A stretch of 64,000 bases of DNA from contig CDRNVI010000087.1 of the NCBI GenBank assembly GCA_977017575.1, positions 1-64,000 on the forward strand, in the 5' to 3' direction. Position numbers and translations under genes: made by a program. The notes beneath the pieces were generated by a model, which made no database searches, was not told the DNA's origin, and saw nothing but the letters and a program-made list of their open reading frames with translations. The DNA comes from Paramoeba atlantica (taxonomy: Eukaryota; Protista; Discosea). Shown here piece after piece: positions 11,424 to 20,966 of the stretch (its first letter is position 1; the number at the start of each line of letters is the position of its first letter).

Positions 11424-12312
11424 GAAGTGTACAACTTTCGATGAAGCACATTGAAAGTTGTACACTTTCGATGAATCTTCATCGAAGGTGTTTTTGACTT
11501 TTTTTTTATTTTTTCAAATCTTCACGCAAACGTTTTTCGCGGATCCATATAGACATTTTGACTTTTTTGGTGCTTCATCGAAGCGTATTGTGAAGGCTCG
11601 TAGAGGAATTTCACCGTTTCTTCAGTTTATCTTCATCGAAGCGTTTTTGACTGATCCATATACATATTTTGAGCGACAATCCTGCGGAAGGGGTAAACAC
11701 AGGATTTTCGTTGAGTACTCAACGAAGTGCCGGATTTTCGTTGAGTACTCAACGAACGGAAATTCACGGTGGAAATCAAGGACTTTTGCATAAGTCAAGG
11801 ACTTTTGTGGAACATCCAAGAATTTTTTTTGATTTTCATTTTCCGTGCGTTCAGTATCCTACACTTCGCTATATACGTTGACAACGCCTGCGTAGCGAAA
11901 ACTACGAAATTTAGTGAGCTTCGCAAATTGCTTCCCACTAACGACGCACAGGGGAACCCTACGCGGGGTACGGCTCAGGCCCGCTCACGCGGGCCCTCGC
12001 CGTTTCGCGGCCGCGCGCACCCCCGCTCACGCGGGGGCCCCCGCGCGGCCAAAATGGGTACTAAAATTTGTTATCAAGGTAGTTGGGCTTCGCAAATTGC
12101 TTCCCACGAATGGGTACTAAAATTTGTTATCAAGGTAGTTGGTCAAGATTATCAAGATTATCAAGTAGTTATCAGTTGGGCCTTTCTTCCTCCTCCCTCT
12201 AAGGTCCTGCAGATTTTTTACGGTCACAGGGTACGTTCGTTGAGTACACAACGAAAATCCGGATTTTTGTTGAGAAATCAACGAACGTACCCCCAAGCCA
12301 AACATTGTAATA
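11424..12312. mobile_element. Non-coding element with iterated palindromes TTCG(T/A)TGA-N-TCA(A/T)CGAA and an internal inverted repeat
   Basis: Palindromes near 11465, 11707, 11737, 12236 and 12265; a 28-bp inverted repeat (~11730-11757 vs ~12235-12262); GC-rich hairpins at 11960-12050. It sits between two truncated LINEs. Confidence 0.5.
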
Positions 12313-12850
12313 ATAACAGCTTGTGAGGCAAATTAGACGCCAGTTCCCAAGAATGCTGGTTTCCCCATCCTTATGTATCAGAAGAGTGACTCCTCGTTTC
12401 CAGCTATCGGGGCACGTACCAAAGGTAAGGAGGTCGTTGAAAGCCTGTGCTATGGAAGGGTATAGAGCTGCGCAGCGTTTTAAGACAGCGTTCCCAATGG
12501 TATCTGCGCCAGGGGCAGCGGATGGTCTCTTTGAAGATATCGCCGCCTCGATGGCACTGCAATCGATCTCTGCCCAATACATGTCTGACTGTACCTGAGG
12601 TCCCAAGAGCTCTGTGGGAGGAAGTTCATAGTTTTCTTGTGGGGTTTGCATGCTATTTCGAAAATAGGTTGTGATTTCCTCCTGGGAGCAGTCCGGGTAC
12701 TTGCCCCACCGCTGATCTGCCTCTTTCTTGTGCGCATCAAGGCATTCCCCAGCTGCAGTCCAAGGATTTCTTTGGAATCGCACTTTAGCCCAGCGCTTGG
12801 CGATCTCCTCTCGTTGTGCCCTGCTTTCTTCTGCATAGACTTTTAGCAGC
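12313..12850 (-). pseudogene. Fragment of another non-LTR RT (R2/NeSL/R4-like N-terminal RT region)
   Basis: RPSAAPGADTIGNAVLK and WKRGVTLLIHKDGE...NWRLICLTSC are RT motifs 0-1; distinct from both the RTE and CRE families here. Confidence 0.7.
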
Positions 12851-13191
12851 TTACTAGCTTCTTTTATTTAAATTATTAAACGGGAATGAGGTCTATGCGC
12901 AGTTGCGCCAGTTTCTGTCGATCCCGGAGCCACGCATTTGTTAACAGACTTAGTTGGCGAAAACAATTGAAAAATTACTATACATGTATTGACAAAAACC
13001 AGAAGTTTTATTTTTGGAGTCAGATTCCATCTGAAAAAAAAAAGATATTTTACGAAGGTAACTATATTTAGATATATTCGTCATCATTTGTGCAAAGGGG
13101 CGATTATTAGGATCAACTCCTTCCGGGATTTATACTTTATATATTGATGTACAAACATATTCGATGGATTTGACGAAGGGTAGGATTACAT

Positions 13192-13398
13192 TAACCCAGA
13201 TTGAAAGGGGCGAGGGAGATACGAAGCAACAGGCGTGGCAGATTCCAACTGAAAAGGAATGGTATCTCCCCGCACGAGAAAAGTCTTTGCGCCTTCTAGC
13301 TCGGAGACAAACTTCGTGCGGGAGATACCATTTCTTTTCAGTGGGAATCTGCCACGCCTGTTGCTTCGTATCTCCCTCGCCCCTTTCAATCTGGGTTA
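13192..13398. repeat. Long near-perfect inverted repeat (~85-bp arms, ~33-nt loop)
   Basis: TAACCCAGATTGAAAGGGGCGAGG...GCACGA is the reverse complement of 13313-13398 with about 3 differences. Confidence 0.92.
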
Positions 13399-14164
13399 TA
13401 CGGCGGGCCGTTCGAGGCGGTGCAGACCCGCTGGCGTGGGTGGTGCTTTACCTCGTGACAAGTAATCTTGAAGGAAACAAGCTTCTGAAATCTTTTTTTT
13501 GAAGGGCCCGCCGGGCGGGCCCTTCGAGGCGGTGCAAACTAAAGCATCCGCAAATATTGCAACGTACTTTTTGACTCTCGTGCGACGACAGGTGGGTATG
13601 TCTCTTTTTCGGCATACTAGAGGAATAAAAAAAGGGTTTGAAATTACTCTAGCACGAAATGCCGCTCTATTACTGTACCTGAACACACTTCAACCTCGTA
13701 AACGCCAGCTTCACTTTTCATACATTGTCAAACCATACAAAATTTCAAATTCCTTTCATGGCAGTCTTCCTCCAAAAATAGCTTTTTCATTACTAATACA
13801 GTAATGATTCAATTTCCTACTTGTACCACTATAGTGAAGTGTCTTAGCTCAGGCGTCGGGGTGCGCTAAGCCCCAACACTACTAGCCTAAATCATCAACC
13901 AAAGCTTTCAAAGTATGCTAGCAGTGCCCCTGGCCGGAGTGATTCTCTTTCTCTTTCCTTTATTTCTACCGCCCACCTTTCCACGCCCTTCTTTTTCTAC
14001 ACATCCTCGCTCTGTGTCTCTCCTGTCCCACCCTATCTCTGAGAATAGCTATCTCTGAGAAAGGTATGACCCTGCTCGTTTTTCTCTACATATATACAAA
14101 ATGCAGACCGTGTTTTTGGTGTCCAGCTGGCCACTTTTCGACGAAGCACAAACCGTGTTTTTGG

Positions 14165-14298
14165 TGGCCAGCTGGCCACCCTTCCACAACATGGCCAGCT
14201 GGCCACCCCTCCACAACATGGCCAGCTGGCCACCCTTCCACAACATGGCCAGCTGGCCACCCTTCCACAACATGGCCAGCTGGCCACTCTTCCACAAC
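14165..14298. repeat. 27-bp minisatellite (ATGGCCAGCTGGCCACCCTTCCACAAC), 4-5 copies
   Basis: Direct tandem copies with a TGGCCAGCTGGCCA palindromic core. Confidence 0.9.
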
Positions 14299-14339
14299 AC
14301 TCTCCCACCCCCGTGGGACTCACTCAGTGGACTCACTCA

Positions 14340-15630
14340 ACGTGAGCCACTGCCCCACGTGGCAGTGCTCTGACTCTCTCACGTGCCACTGTAGGTACAG
14401 TGCCGATGCAGTCACTACCTTACGTGGCAGTACTCTCACTCTCTCACGTGCTACTGCATCTGCACTGCATCACTGCAGTCACTGCCTCACGGGGCATTGC
14501 CTCTCACTCTGCCACTGTATCTACACTGCAATCACTGCCTCACGTGGCAGTACTCTCACTCTCTCACGTGCTACTGCAGCTACGCTGCAGTCACTGCCTC
14601 ACGTGACACTACTCTTACTCTCGCACGTGCCAATACAGCTGCACTGCGATCACTGCCTCACGTGGCAGTACTCTCACTCTCTCGCGTGCTACTGCAGCTA
14701 CACTGCATTCACTGCCTCACGTGGCAGTACTCTCACCCTCTCACGTGCTACTGCAGCTCCACTGCATCACTGCAGTCACTGCCTCACGTGGCAGTAATCT
14801 TACTCTCTCACGTGCCACTGTAGCTACACTGCAGTCACTGACTCTCTCACATTCCACTGTATCTACACTGCATTCACTGCCTCACGTGGCAGTAATCTTA
14901 CCCTCTCACGTGCCACTGTAGCTACACTGCAGTCACTGACTCTCTCACATTCCACTGTATCTACACTGCATTCACTGCCTCACGTGGCAGTAATCTTACT
15001 CTCGCACGTGCCGCTGCAGCTGCGCTGCATCACTGCATTCACTGCCTCACGTGGCACTACTCTTACTCTCTCACGTGCCACTGCAGCTACACTGCATCAC
15101 TGCAGTCACTGCCTCACATGGCAGTGCACTTACTCTCTCACGTGCCACTGCAGCTGCACTGCATCACTGCATTCACTGCCTCACGTGGCAGTACTCTCAC
15201 TCTCTCACGTGCTACTGCAGCTGCGCTGCATCACTGCAGTCACTGCCTCACGTGGCACTACTCTTACTCTCTCACGTGCCACTGCAGCTACACTGCATCA
15301 CTGCAGTCACTGCCTCACATGGCAGTGCACTTACTCTCTCACGTGCCACTGCAGCTGCACTGCATCACTGCAGTCACTGCCTCACATGGCAGTGCACTTA
15401 CTCTCTCACGTGCCACTGCAGCTACACTGCATCACTGCAGCCACTGCCTCACATGGCAGTGCACTTACTCTCTCACGTGCCACTGCAGCTACACTGCATC
15501 ACTGCAGCCACTGCCTCACATGGCAGTGCACTTACTCTCTCACGTGCCACTGCAGCTGCACTGCATCACTGTGCAATCGCTGCCTCACGTGGCACTGCTC
15601 TCACTCTCTCAAGGGCCACTGTAGCTACAC
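14340..15630. repeat. Degenerate ~55-67-bp minisatellite rich in CACGTG, CTGCAG and CACTGC
   Basis: Units such as CACTGCCTCACGTGGCAGTACTCTCACTCTCTCACGTGCCACTGCAGCTACACTGCAT; bracketed with the 27-mer array by a ~60-bp direct repeat near 14079 and 15657. Confidence 0.85.
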
Positions 15631-15804
15631 ACTGTACCACTCGGACCTGCACATTATTTTTCTCTCTATATATATACAAAATGCAAATCGTGTTTTTGGT
15701 GGCCAGCTGGCCACTTTTTTCAAGAAAAAAAAATCTGAAAAAAAAAATCGTTCCGAATTTGTTTTTTTCGCGATTTTGAGCATATAATTTTTTTTGTTCA
15801 AAAA

Positions 15805-15875
15805 TGTCGATGCCGGGAATCGAACCGCGGACATCCAGCGCCAAAATGGAAACCCTTTACCAACTGGACTACTCA
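15805..15875 (-). pseudogene. tRNA-like Pol III unit (pseudo-tRNA or SINE head)
   Basis: A box TAGTCCAGTTGG, B box GGTTCGATTCC, then CATCGACA and TTTTT. Acceptor and anticodon stems pair poorly. Confidence 0.5.
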
Positions 15876-16748
15876 AAGGACTCTCCTTAGTCAACCAGTG
15901 TGTCGTATCGCAGACCTTTGCAGACGCACTTTTTTTTACCAAAAGTGTTCTACAATTTGGGAAATGAGGTCGTTGTAGATGATTTTTCGAGTATTAAAGA
16001 CTTCATCTAATGAGCTACTGCTTTAAAATTTTGAAAAAACTCGATCTCTCGCGTCTTTGAGGGGCATTTTCAAGTTTTGGAATTAACCTTAGTAAGCGAG
16101 TTAGATACTCCGTATCTCCCTCAATATATTTTACACTTGATTTGAGTTTTTCAATCTTCACGCGGGATACCAACTACGCCCGCACCGCTCTTCTTCTCTC
16201 TTCTTCTTCTTCTATTCCGCGCGGAGTTTTTTTGAAGTCTGGGAAAAGACGTTGCTCTGAATCTCGAGGTGGTTTTACCCACAGAAGCTGCATTCGCAGG
16301 CCTTTCAGTGCAATTTTCGCCGGGACAGCCCACAGAAAACACCCTTTACCTGAGAGAGGTGCATTTGGGAACGTGAATACGAAACGAGCGAACAGATTAC
16401 CCGTCCACAAAATCGTGGAGCATCGAGTGTCGCCGAGTAAATTGAAAGGTGTGATGGAGAAACAGGCGGAATGAGGTGGAATACAATGGTGTGCTGCATG
16501 GCGAGGTTGTGGTGTTTGTTTGCGCTGTTGGGGGTAGAGGTGTCTAGTTTGGTGTGAATTTGTTATCGCATTGGATGTTTCTGTGAAAATCATATTTTCC
16601 GGAGTAAGCATACGGTGGGGGGGAATACAATGGTGCGCTGCGTGGTGCGTCGGGTGTGCTTGTTGTGGCGTTTGAAGAGTAGATGTGTCTACGTTGTAGG
16701 GATGGTGTCTGTTTCATTATGGAGTATTGTACGATGCTTGCAAAAAAA

Positions 16749-16874
16749 ATACTTGCCCTGAGATGAATGTTCACAGACAGTGACACATGTGCTGCGCTGT
16801 TTGAATCAGCTTGTGATCATCAAAGCCACAACGCTCGAGAAACACACATGCACTCATCTCCTTTTTCGTTTGGC
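16749..16874 (+). ncRNA. Segment Y, 3'-truncated copy with intact 5' end ATACTTGCCCTG; candidate divergent U1-like snRNA
   Basis: 5' end resembles U1 ATACTTACCTG; GAGATGA/TCATCTC closes a multi-hairpin junction. Also at ~22835, ~28922 and ~35072. Confidence 0.25.
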
Positions 16875-17447
16875 TTTTTTTTTCTTCGTTGTCTTCGCCC
16901 TCCCCTCGCCACCCCCTTGGTCGCCCTCTGTTGCCCCCTGCGTCGCTCTGCCGCGCCGCTTTTCGCCCCCCACCCACTGCGCTGTCCCCTTCGCCGCCCA
17001 TTCCCCCTCCCTCCCTGCTCCCACCTGCGCCACTCTTTCCCTTCCCACAACAACAACAACAACAACACTGATATAATCAGTTAAGGGGTTAATATTTTCC
17101 CTTAAACATCTTCACACCTTAGATTAAAAACACTGACCACACAACTGTTTACCATATCTCAAATTTAATGTTTGTTTTAATGAGTCCTCGCATAATGATG
17201 AGTCTTTTCATTACAATAAACCAGGAAATGGAACCACCAACGCCCCTAGAGTTCAACGCAAATTGAAGGTATCAACTACTTGAGCGCTTCCCTTCCCACT
17301 CTTTCCCTTCATCCCCTCTGCCACCCCCTCACGCTGCATCTCGAAGAATGGCGCCGCCCGGTACCGAATATAACAAGGTACTAAAAAACTAGTGTAGGCG
17401 TCATTCACGCTTTTCTTTTCTTTTTTCTTTCTTTCTGCGGCTTGCAA

Positions 17448-17886
17448 CTAGCCCATGATAACGGGGCTAGGGTAACAATTTGGAGAGATACGAGCTTGTT
17501 GAAGCTGAGGTTTGGCCTGTTGAAGCTGAGGAGCCAGTCCGCTCGAGGGGATACCACCCTAGAAGACTTGGTCCGTTGAAGCTGAGGTGCTAAAACCGTT
17601 GAAGCTGAGAGTCGACACTCCCAAACTATGCCAGCAAGCAGGCAAGGGGTCAAGGAGCACTGCTTTTGGCAGTGTCCGGGTGTGGCGAACCCCACCCTCC
17701 TAGCTAATCCAGATTCCCGCAGCGGACTTTCAGTCTGCGCGTTAGCTGGATCGGCTTGCATTGGCTCTGTGCTGCAATTCTTTTAGGTCTGCGCATGGGT
17801 CGTGCGGGTCGGAGCTACCTTCGGCTCTCTCCGAGGAGGCAACACCCCGTCTACGGGGTTTTTACCTGAATACATAACATAACATA
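17448..17886 (+). mobile_element. Structured non-coding retroposon-like element S2 ending in (CATAA)3
   Basis: 5' hairpin CTAGCCC/GGGCTAG, four GTTGAAGCTGAG motifs, at least 6 hairpins, CATAA tail. Copies at 23534, 29621, 35771 and 61320. Confidence 0.5.
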
Positions 17887-18020
17887 ACTTGCCCTGAGAT
17901 GAATGTTCACAGACAGTGGCACATGTGCTGCGCTGTTTGAATCAGCATGTGAGCATCAAAGCCACAACGCTCGAGAAACACACATGCACTCATCTCCTTT
18001 TTCGTTTGGCATTTGCCACG
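17887..18020 (+). ncRNA. Segment Y with complete 3' part (U-rich tract, terminal hairpin, T-run); 5' end abuts S2
   Basis: ACTTGCCCTGAGATGA...TCATCTC-CTTTTTCG-TTTGGCATTTGCCACG-TTTTT. The canonical U1 loops GATCACGAAG and ATTGCAC are absent. Confidence 0.25.
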
Positions 18021-18283
18021 TTTTTCAGTTTTTTGTTCTAAAAGTGACGTTCGATTTGGGGTGGTGTGGATCGCGCTTTGGAGCCAGGAAGTCGTGCGAG
18101 GCTGTCGGCTATCCGAACGGCGGCTTCTCGAATCTTGTCCCGCTGGGAGGTGCAGAATGGCATCGGAGAGATGAAAACAAATCAAGCACGATTAGATTCA
18201 TACGGACGAATTCTTAGCTGGAGAGAATGGTTGAAAACTGTTCACTCGATCTTGATCAGTTCCTTGTGGTAGAGACTCGGAAG

Positions 18284-18364
18284 GCGTCTATACCCAAGTG
18301 GTTAAGGGGCCTGACTTGAAATCAGGTGTGTTCTCACGCGCAGGTTCAAACCATGCTGGGCGCG
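18284..18364 (+). tRNA. tRNA-Ser(TGA) copy, T-stem mismatch
   Basis: T arm reads GCAGGTTCAAACCATGC. Confidence 0.75.
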
Positions 18365-18716
18365 TTTTCCTTCCACAAGCGTTGTCAAATCATATTCAGC
18401 GCGGGGTACCAACTACGCCCGCACCGCTCTTCTTCTCTCTTCTTCTTCTTCTATTCCGCGCGGAGTTTTTTTGAAAAGGTGGGATGCCCAGCGGCGCGGC
18501 ACCCGTCGTGGGAACTCACGCTCCGCATAAAAGACGTTGTTCTGAATCTCGAGGCGGTTTTACCCACAGAAGCTGCATTCGCAGGCCTTTCAGTGCAATT
18601 TTCGCCAGGACAGCCCACAGAAAACACCCTTTACCTGAGAGAGGTGCATTTGGGAACGTGAATACGAAACGAGCGAACAGATCACCCGCCCACAAAATCG
18701 TGGAGCATCGAGATTA

Positions 18717-19439
18717 GTGCCCAGCAGACTATTCACCCTTGCGGTAATGCCTCGTTTTGGACTGGCACATCCCAGGCTCCCTGCACACCTACAGTGCCCC
18801 GGGTGTCACACCTTGCTGACTTCCGAGAACGCTATTTCCCACGTGGCTGGATGCTCGACTTGCACTGGTAACAACGCGACAACGAAGCACAACAAAATGG
18901 TCCACAGACTGTATGAATTATGCATCAAAGCAGGCATTCCTTGTGAACGAGAACCCCGGCAGTTCTCTACGTACACGTGTGGCAAATGTGGAGCTCATCT
19001 GGATGGGGATTCTAAACCATCACACCAAAGGATCTGCGGATCAGGATCTTTTCACCACTCAGGGCCGGATCTAGTTATTCACTGGGCCGACGGAGACGTA
19101 TTCTACGACTTCACCATTGTGCATGAACTATGTCCTTCGAATTTAACGCGAGGCGGCACAATCCTTATGAGGGACGCCATCAAACGGAAGAACAAGACGT
19201 ACGTAGCCTCAAAACTGCTCCCCCAAATCCAATTTCAGTGCATACCGATGCTTGCAGGAGGAGCTATGCACGCTAACACAAAGAACCTACTTCTCGCTTT
19301 AGCCGACGCGTGTGGATTAGAGCGGGATTACGTGATCCAAGATTTTACACTTCGATTACAAGAATTCAACGGATCGGTTGTTCTCTCGCAACTTGGCAAA
19401 TTTCTAGTGCCGCAGAGCCGAGAAGATACGGCGATTTAA
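18717..19439 (+). CDS. Family B 5'-truncated RLE retrotransposon: CCHC plus RLE ORF (first ATG 18747, 230 aa)
   Basis: CPGC-x11-H-x3-C, KHN, EPR, second CCHC, SGPDLVIHW..FYDFTIVHE, AIKRK. Insert spans 18713-19583. Confidence 0.8.
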   Translation: MPSRLFTLAVMPRFGLAHPRLPAHLQCPGCHTLLTSENAISHVAGCSTCTGNNATTKHNKMVHRLYELCIKAGIPCEREPRQFSTYTCGKCGAHLDGDSKPSHQRICGSGSFHHSGPDLVIHWADGDVFYDFTIVHELCPSNLTRGGTILMRDAIKRKNKTYVASKLLPQIQFQCIPMLAGGAMHANTKNLLLALADACGLERDYVIQDFTLRLQEFNGSVVLSQLGKFLVPQSREDTAI

Positions 19440-19622
19440 TCAACCATTCTTTATTAATTATGAAAACTTGAGAAAGTAATTGTGGTTCCGGCTCAACACA
19501 TGAGAGAAAATCATATTATTCATTATCTGAAAACATCTGTCAGTTTCTTCGTCTGTAGGTTCCTTTGAGATACAGTTTATTTTAAACGAGCGAACAGATC
19601 ACCCGCCCACAAAATCGTGGAG

Positions 19623-19893
19623 ATTTTCCACGTCCACCCCGTTACATCGTGTCTCAAGCCTCCTTTGCGTAAGCAGCTCGCAATTTAGCGGCTGCGCTGG
19701 AGCCTGGTTCAACTCGGCGGTTCCGGGTTGGTCCTCCAGGGGAGCGGGGTTGGGTGTGGGCCTTGAAGGCACTCCTGATCGCTTTCCCTTTGTAGTGAGG
19801 CCGCCAGGTTGCGAGTTTTGTCGATAGCGGGAATCGAACCCACAACCTACAGGTTGTAAGGCCCACCGTCTACCAACTACGCCCGCACCGCAC
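19623..19893 (-). mobile_element. tRNA-headed SINE-a (Val(TAC)-like head plus structured body)
   Basis: GGCGTAGTTGG A box, CTTACAA loop, GGGTTCGATTCCC B box; body shared with SINE-b. Copies start at 25709, 31796, 37950, 42415, 45941, 49463 and 52985. Confidence 0.7.
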
Positions 19894-20022
19894 TTATGGC
19901 ATCGGAGAGATGAAAACAAATCAAGCACGATTAGATTCATACGGACGAATTCTTAGCTGGAGAGAATGGTTGAAAACTGTTCACTCGATCTTGATCAGTT
20001 CCTTGTGGTAGAGACTCGGAAG

Positions 20023-20103
20023 GCGTCTATACCCAAGTGGTTAAGGGGCCTGACTTGAAATCAGGTGTGTTCTCACGCGCAGGTTGAAACCCTGCTGGGC
20101 GCG
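20023..20103 (+). tRNA. tRNA-Ser(TGA) copy, B-box lesion
   Basis: T loop TTGAAAC instead of TTCAAAC. Confidence 0.7.
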
Positions 20104-20120
20104 TTTTCCTTCCACAAGCG

Positions 20121-20873
20121 TTGTCATGGCTCACCTCAAATTCTAGACTTGTACCTACGCGACTTTTCAAGTTAGCAGTTATGCCACGCATTGGGATTGC
20201 ACATCCGAGCCTCCCCTCCAATTTACAGTGTCCAGGGTGCCATGCATTACTTAACCCCCGTACAGCGCTCACGCACGTGTCCGGGTGCGTCAAATGTTCA
20301 GGCAATAACGCAACGGCAAAGCACAACAAGATGGTTCGGAATATTTATGAATTATGCATAAAATCAGGTCTGCCCTTTGAGCTGGAACCCAGACAGTTCT
20401 CCACCTACACTTGCGCAAAATGTGGAGCAAGCGTGGATGGCGACGGCAAATCCCATCACCAAAGAACCTGCGGATCCGGATCTTTTTATCATTCGGGCCC
20501 AGATATCGTGATTCATTGGGCAAGCGGAGATGTATACTACGATTTCACCATCGGCCACGAGCTATCGCAATCAAATGTTGGACGTAGCACCGCTCAGCTT
20601 TTCCGTGATGCCATAAAACGCAAAGTCTCCAAATACGTGGCGTCTAAGCTTATTCCTAATGAGCAATTCCAATGTGTACCAATGCTCTCCGGCGGTGCAA
20701 TGCACAGCAACACCAAAGCGCTTATCACAACCCTGGCTGATGCATGTGGACTCGAACGGGACTTCGTAGTACAGGATTTCACCCTTCGACTACAGGAACT
20801 TAACGGTTCAGTGGTGATGTCCCAACTCCGCAAATACATAGCCACAACTCAAGTGGACAATACGGCTTTTTAG
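20121..20873 (+). CDS. Family C 5'-truncated RLE retrotransposon: CCHC plus RLE ORF (first ATG 20181, 230 aa)
   Basis: CPGC-x11-H-x3-C, KHN, EPR, second CCHC, SGPDIVIHW..YYDFTIGHE. Insert spans 20126-20953. Confidence 0.8.
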   Translation: MSWLTSNSRLVPTRLFKLAVMPRIGIAHPSLPSNLQCPGCHALLNPRTALTHVSGCVKCSGNNATAKHNKMVRNIYELCIKSGLPFELEPRQFSTYTCAKCGASVDGDGKSHHQRTCGSGSFYHSGPDIVIHWASGDVYYDFTIGHELSQSNVGRSTAQLFRDAIKRKVSKYVASKLIPNEQFQCVPMLSGGAMHSNTKALITTLADACGLERDFVVQDFTLRLQELNGSVVMSQLRKYIATTQVDNTAF

Positions 20874-20966
20874 GCACGTGCGAGTTTTTCGGTAGGCGTT
20901 GACTATTGATATAAGAGTTGAAGTTTAGACGACTGAAAGTCTATGAAAAGAAACTGAGATGAATGC

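Larger units (their letters stand above)
7115..11424 (+). mobile_element. RTE-like LINE RTE2, interrupted by two nested insertions (8111-9045 and 9186-10170) and 3'-truncated
   Basis: Starts MADASGT at 7179 like RTE1, after three 18-bp repeats; GTLNVTTL, GLQET, NVYSP, LGDFNAP; resumes at 9046-9185 (CKSAH..KWTCELP..LDH) and 10171-11424 (PGSDGI, NWRPI, QYGFR, DFAKAF). Confidence 0.88.

Noticed and set aside
700-13000. Non-standard genetic code explaining the broken ORFs
   Set aside because: Breaks are frameshifts, short duplications and insertions; the 917-codon RT ORF has no internal stop, and homologous C-termini end at TAA or TAG in all families.
14165-14298. CRISPR-like array from the palindromic 27-mer
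   Set aside because: Units are directly tandem with no unique spacers.
14066-15787. Cys/His-rich ORFs as zinc-finger or metal-binding proteins
   Set aside because: They are translations of the minisatellite, open in several frames at once.
17498-17609. CRISPR-like array from the GTTGAAGCTGAG repeats
   Set aside because: The repeat is only 12 bp, spacers are 9, 44 and 11 bp, and there are no cas genes.
17180-17610. Hammerhead ribozyme (TGATGAGTC near 17196, CTGAGGA near 17526)
   Set aside because: No correctly placed GAAA/stem II/stem III core could be built.
17790-17886. Group II intron domain V/VI at the S2 3' end
   Set aside because: No 34-nt DV with an AGC/CGC triad and AC bulge; it ends in a tandem tail instead.
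18166-18282. U2, U12 or U6atac identity for the conserved tRNA 5' flank (AAGATCGAGTG on minus, GGAGAGAATGGTT on plus)
   Set aside because: Only 10-12-nt resemblances; branch-pairing, AGC triad and stems are missing.
16142-18717. The many 60-170-aa ORFs repeated in each unit as host genes
   Set aside because: They overlap tRNA and structured or low-complexity DNA on both strands, mostly use non-ATG starts and show no domain motifs; recurrence only reflects the tandem duplication.
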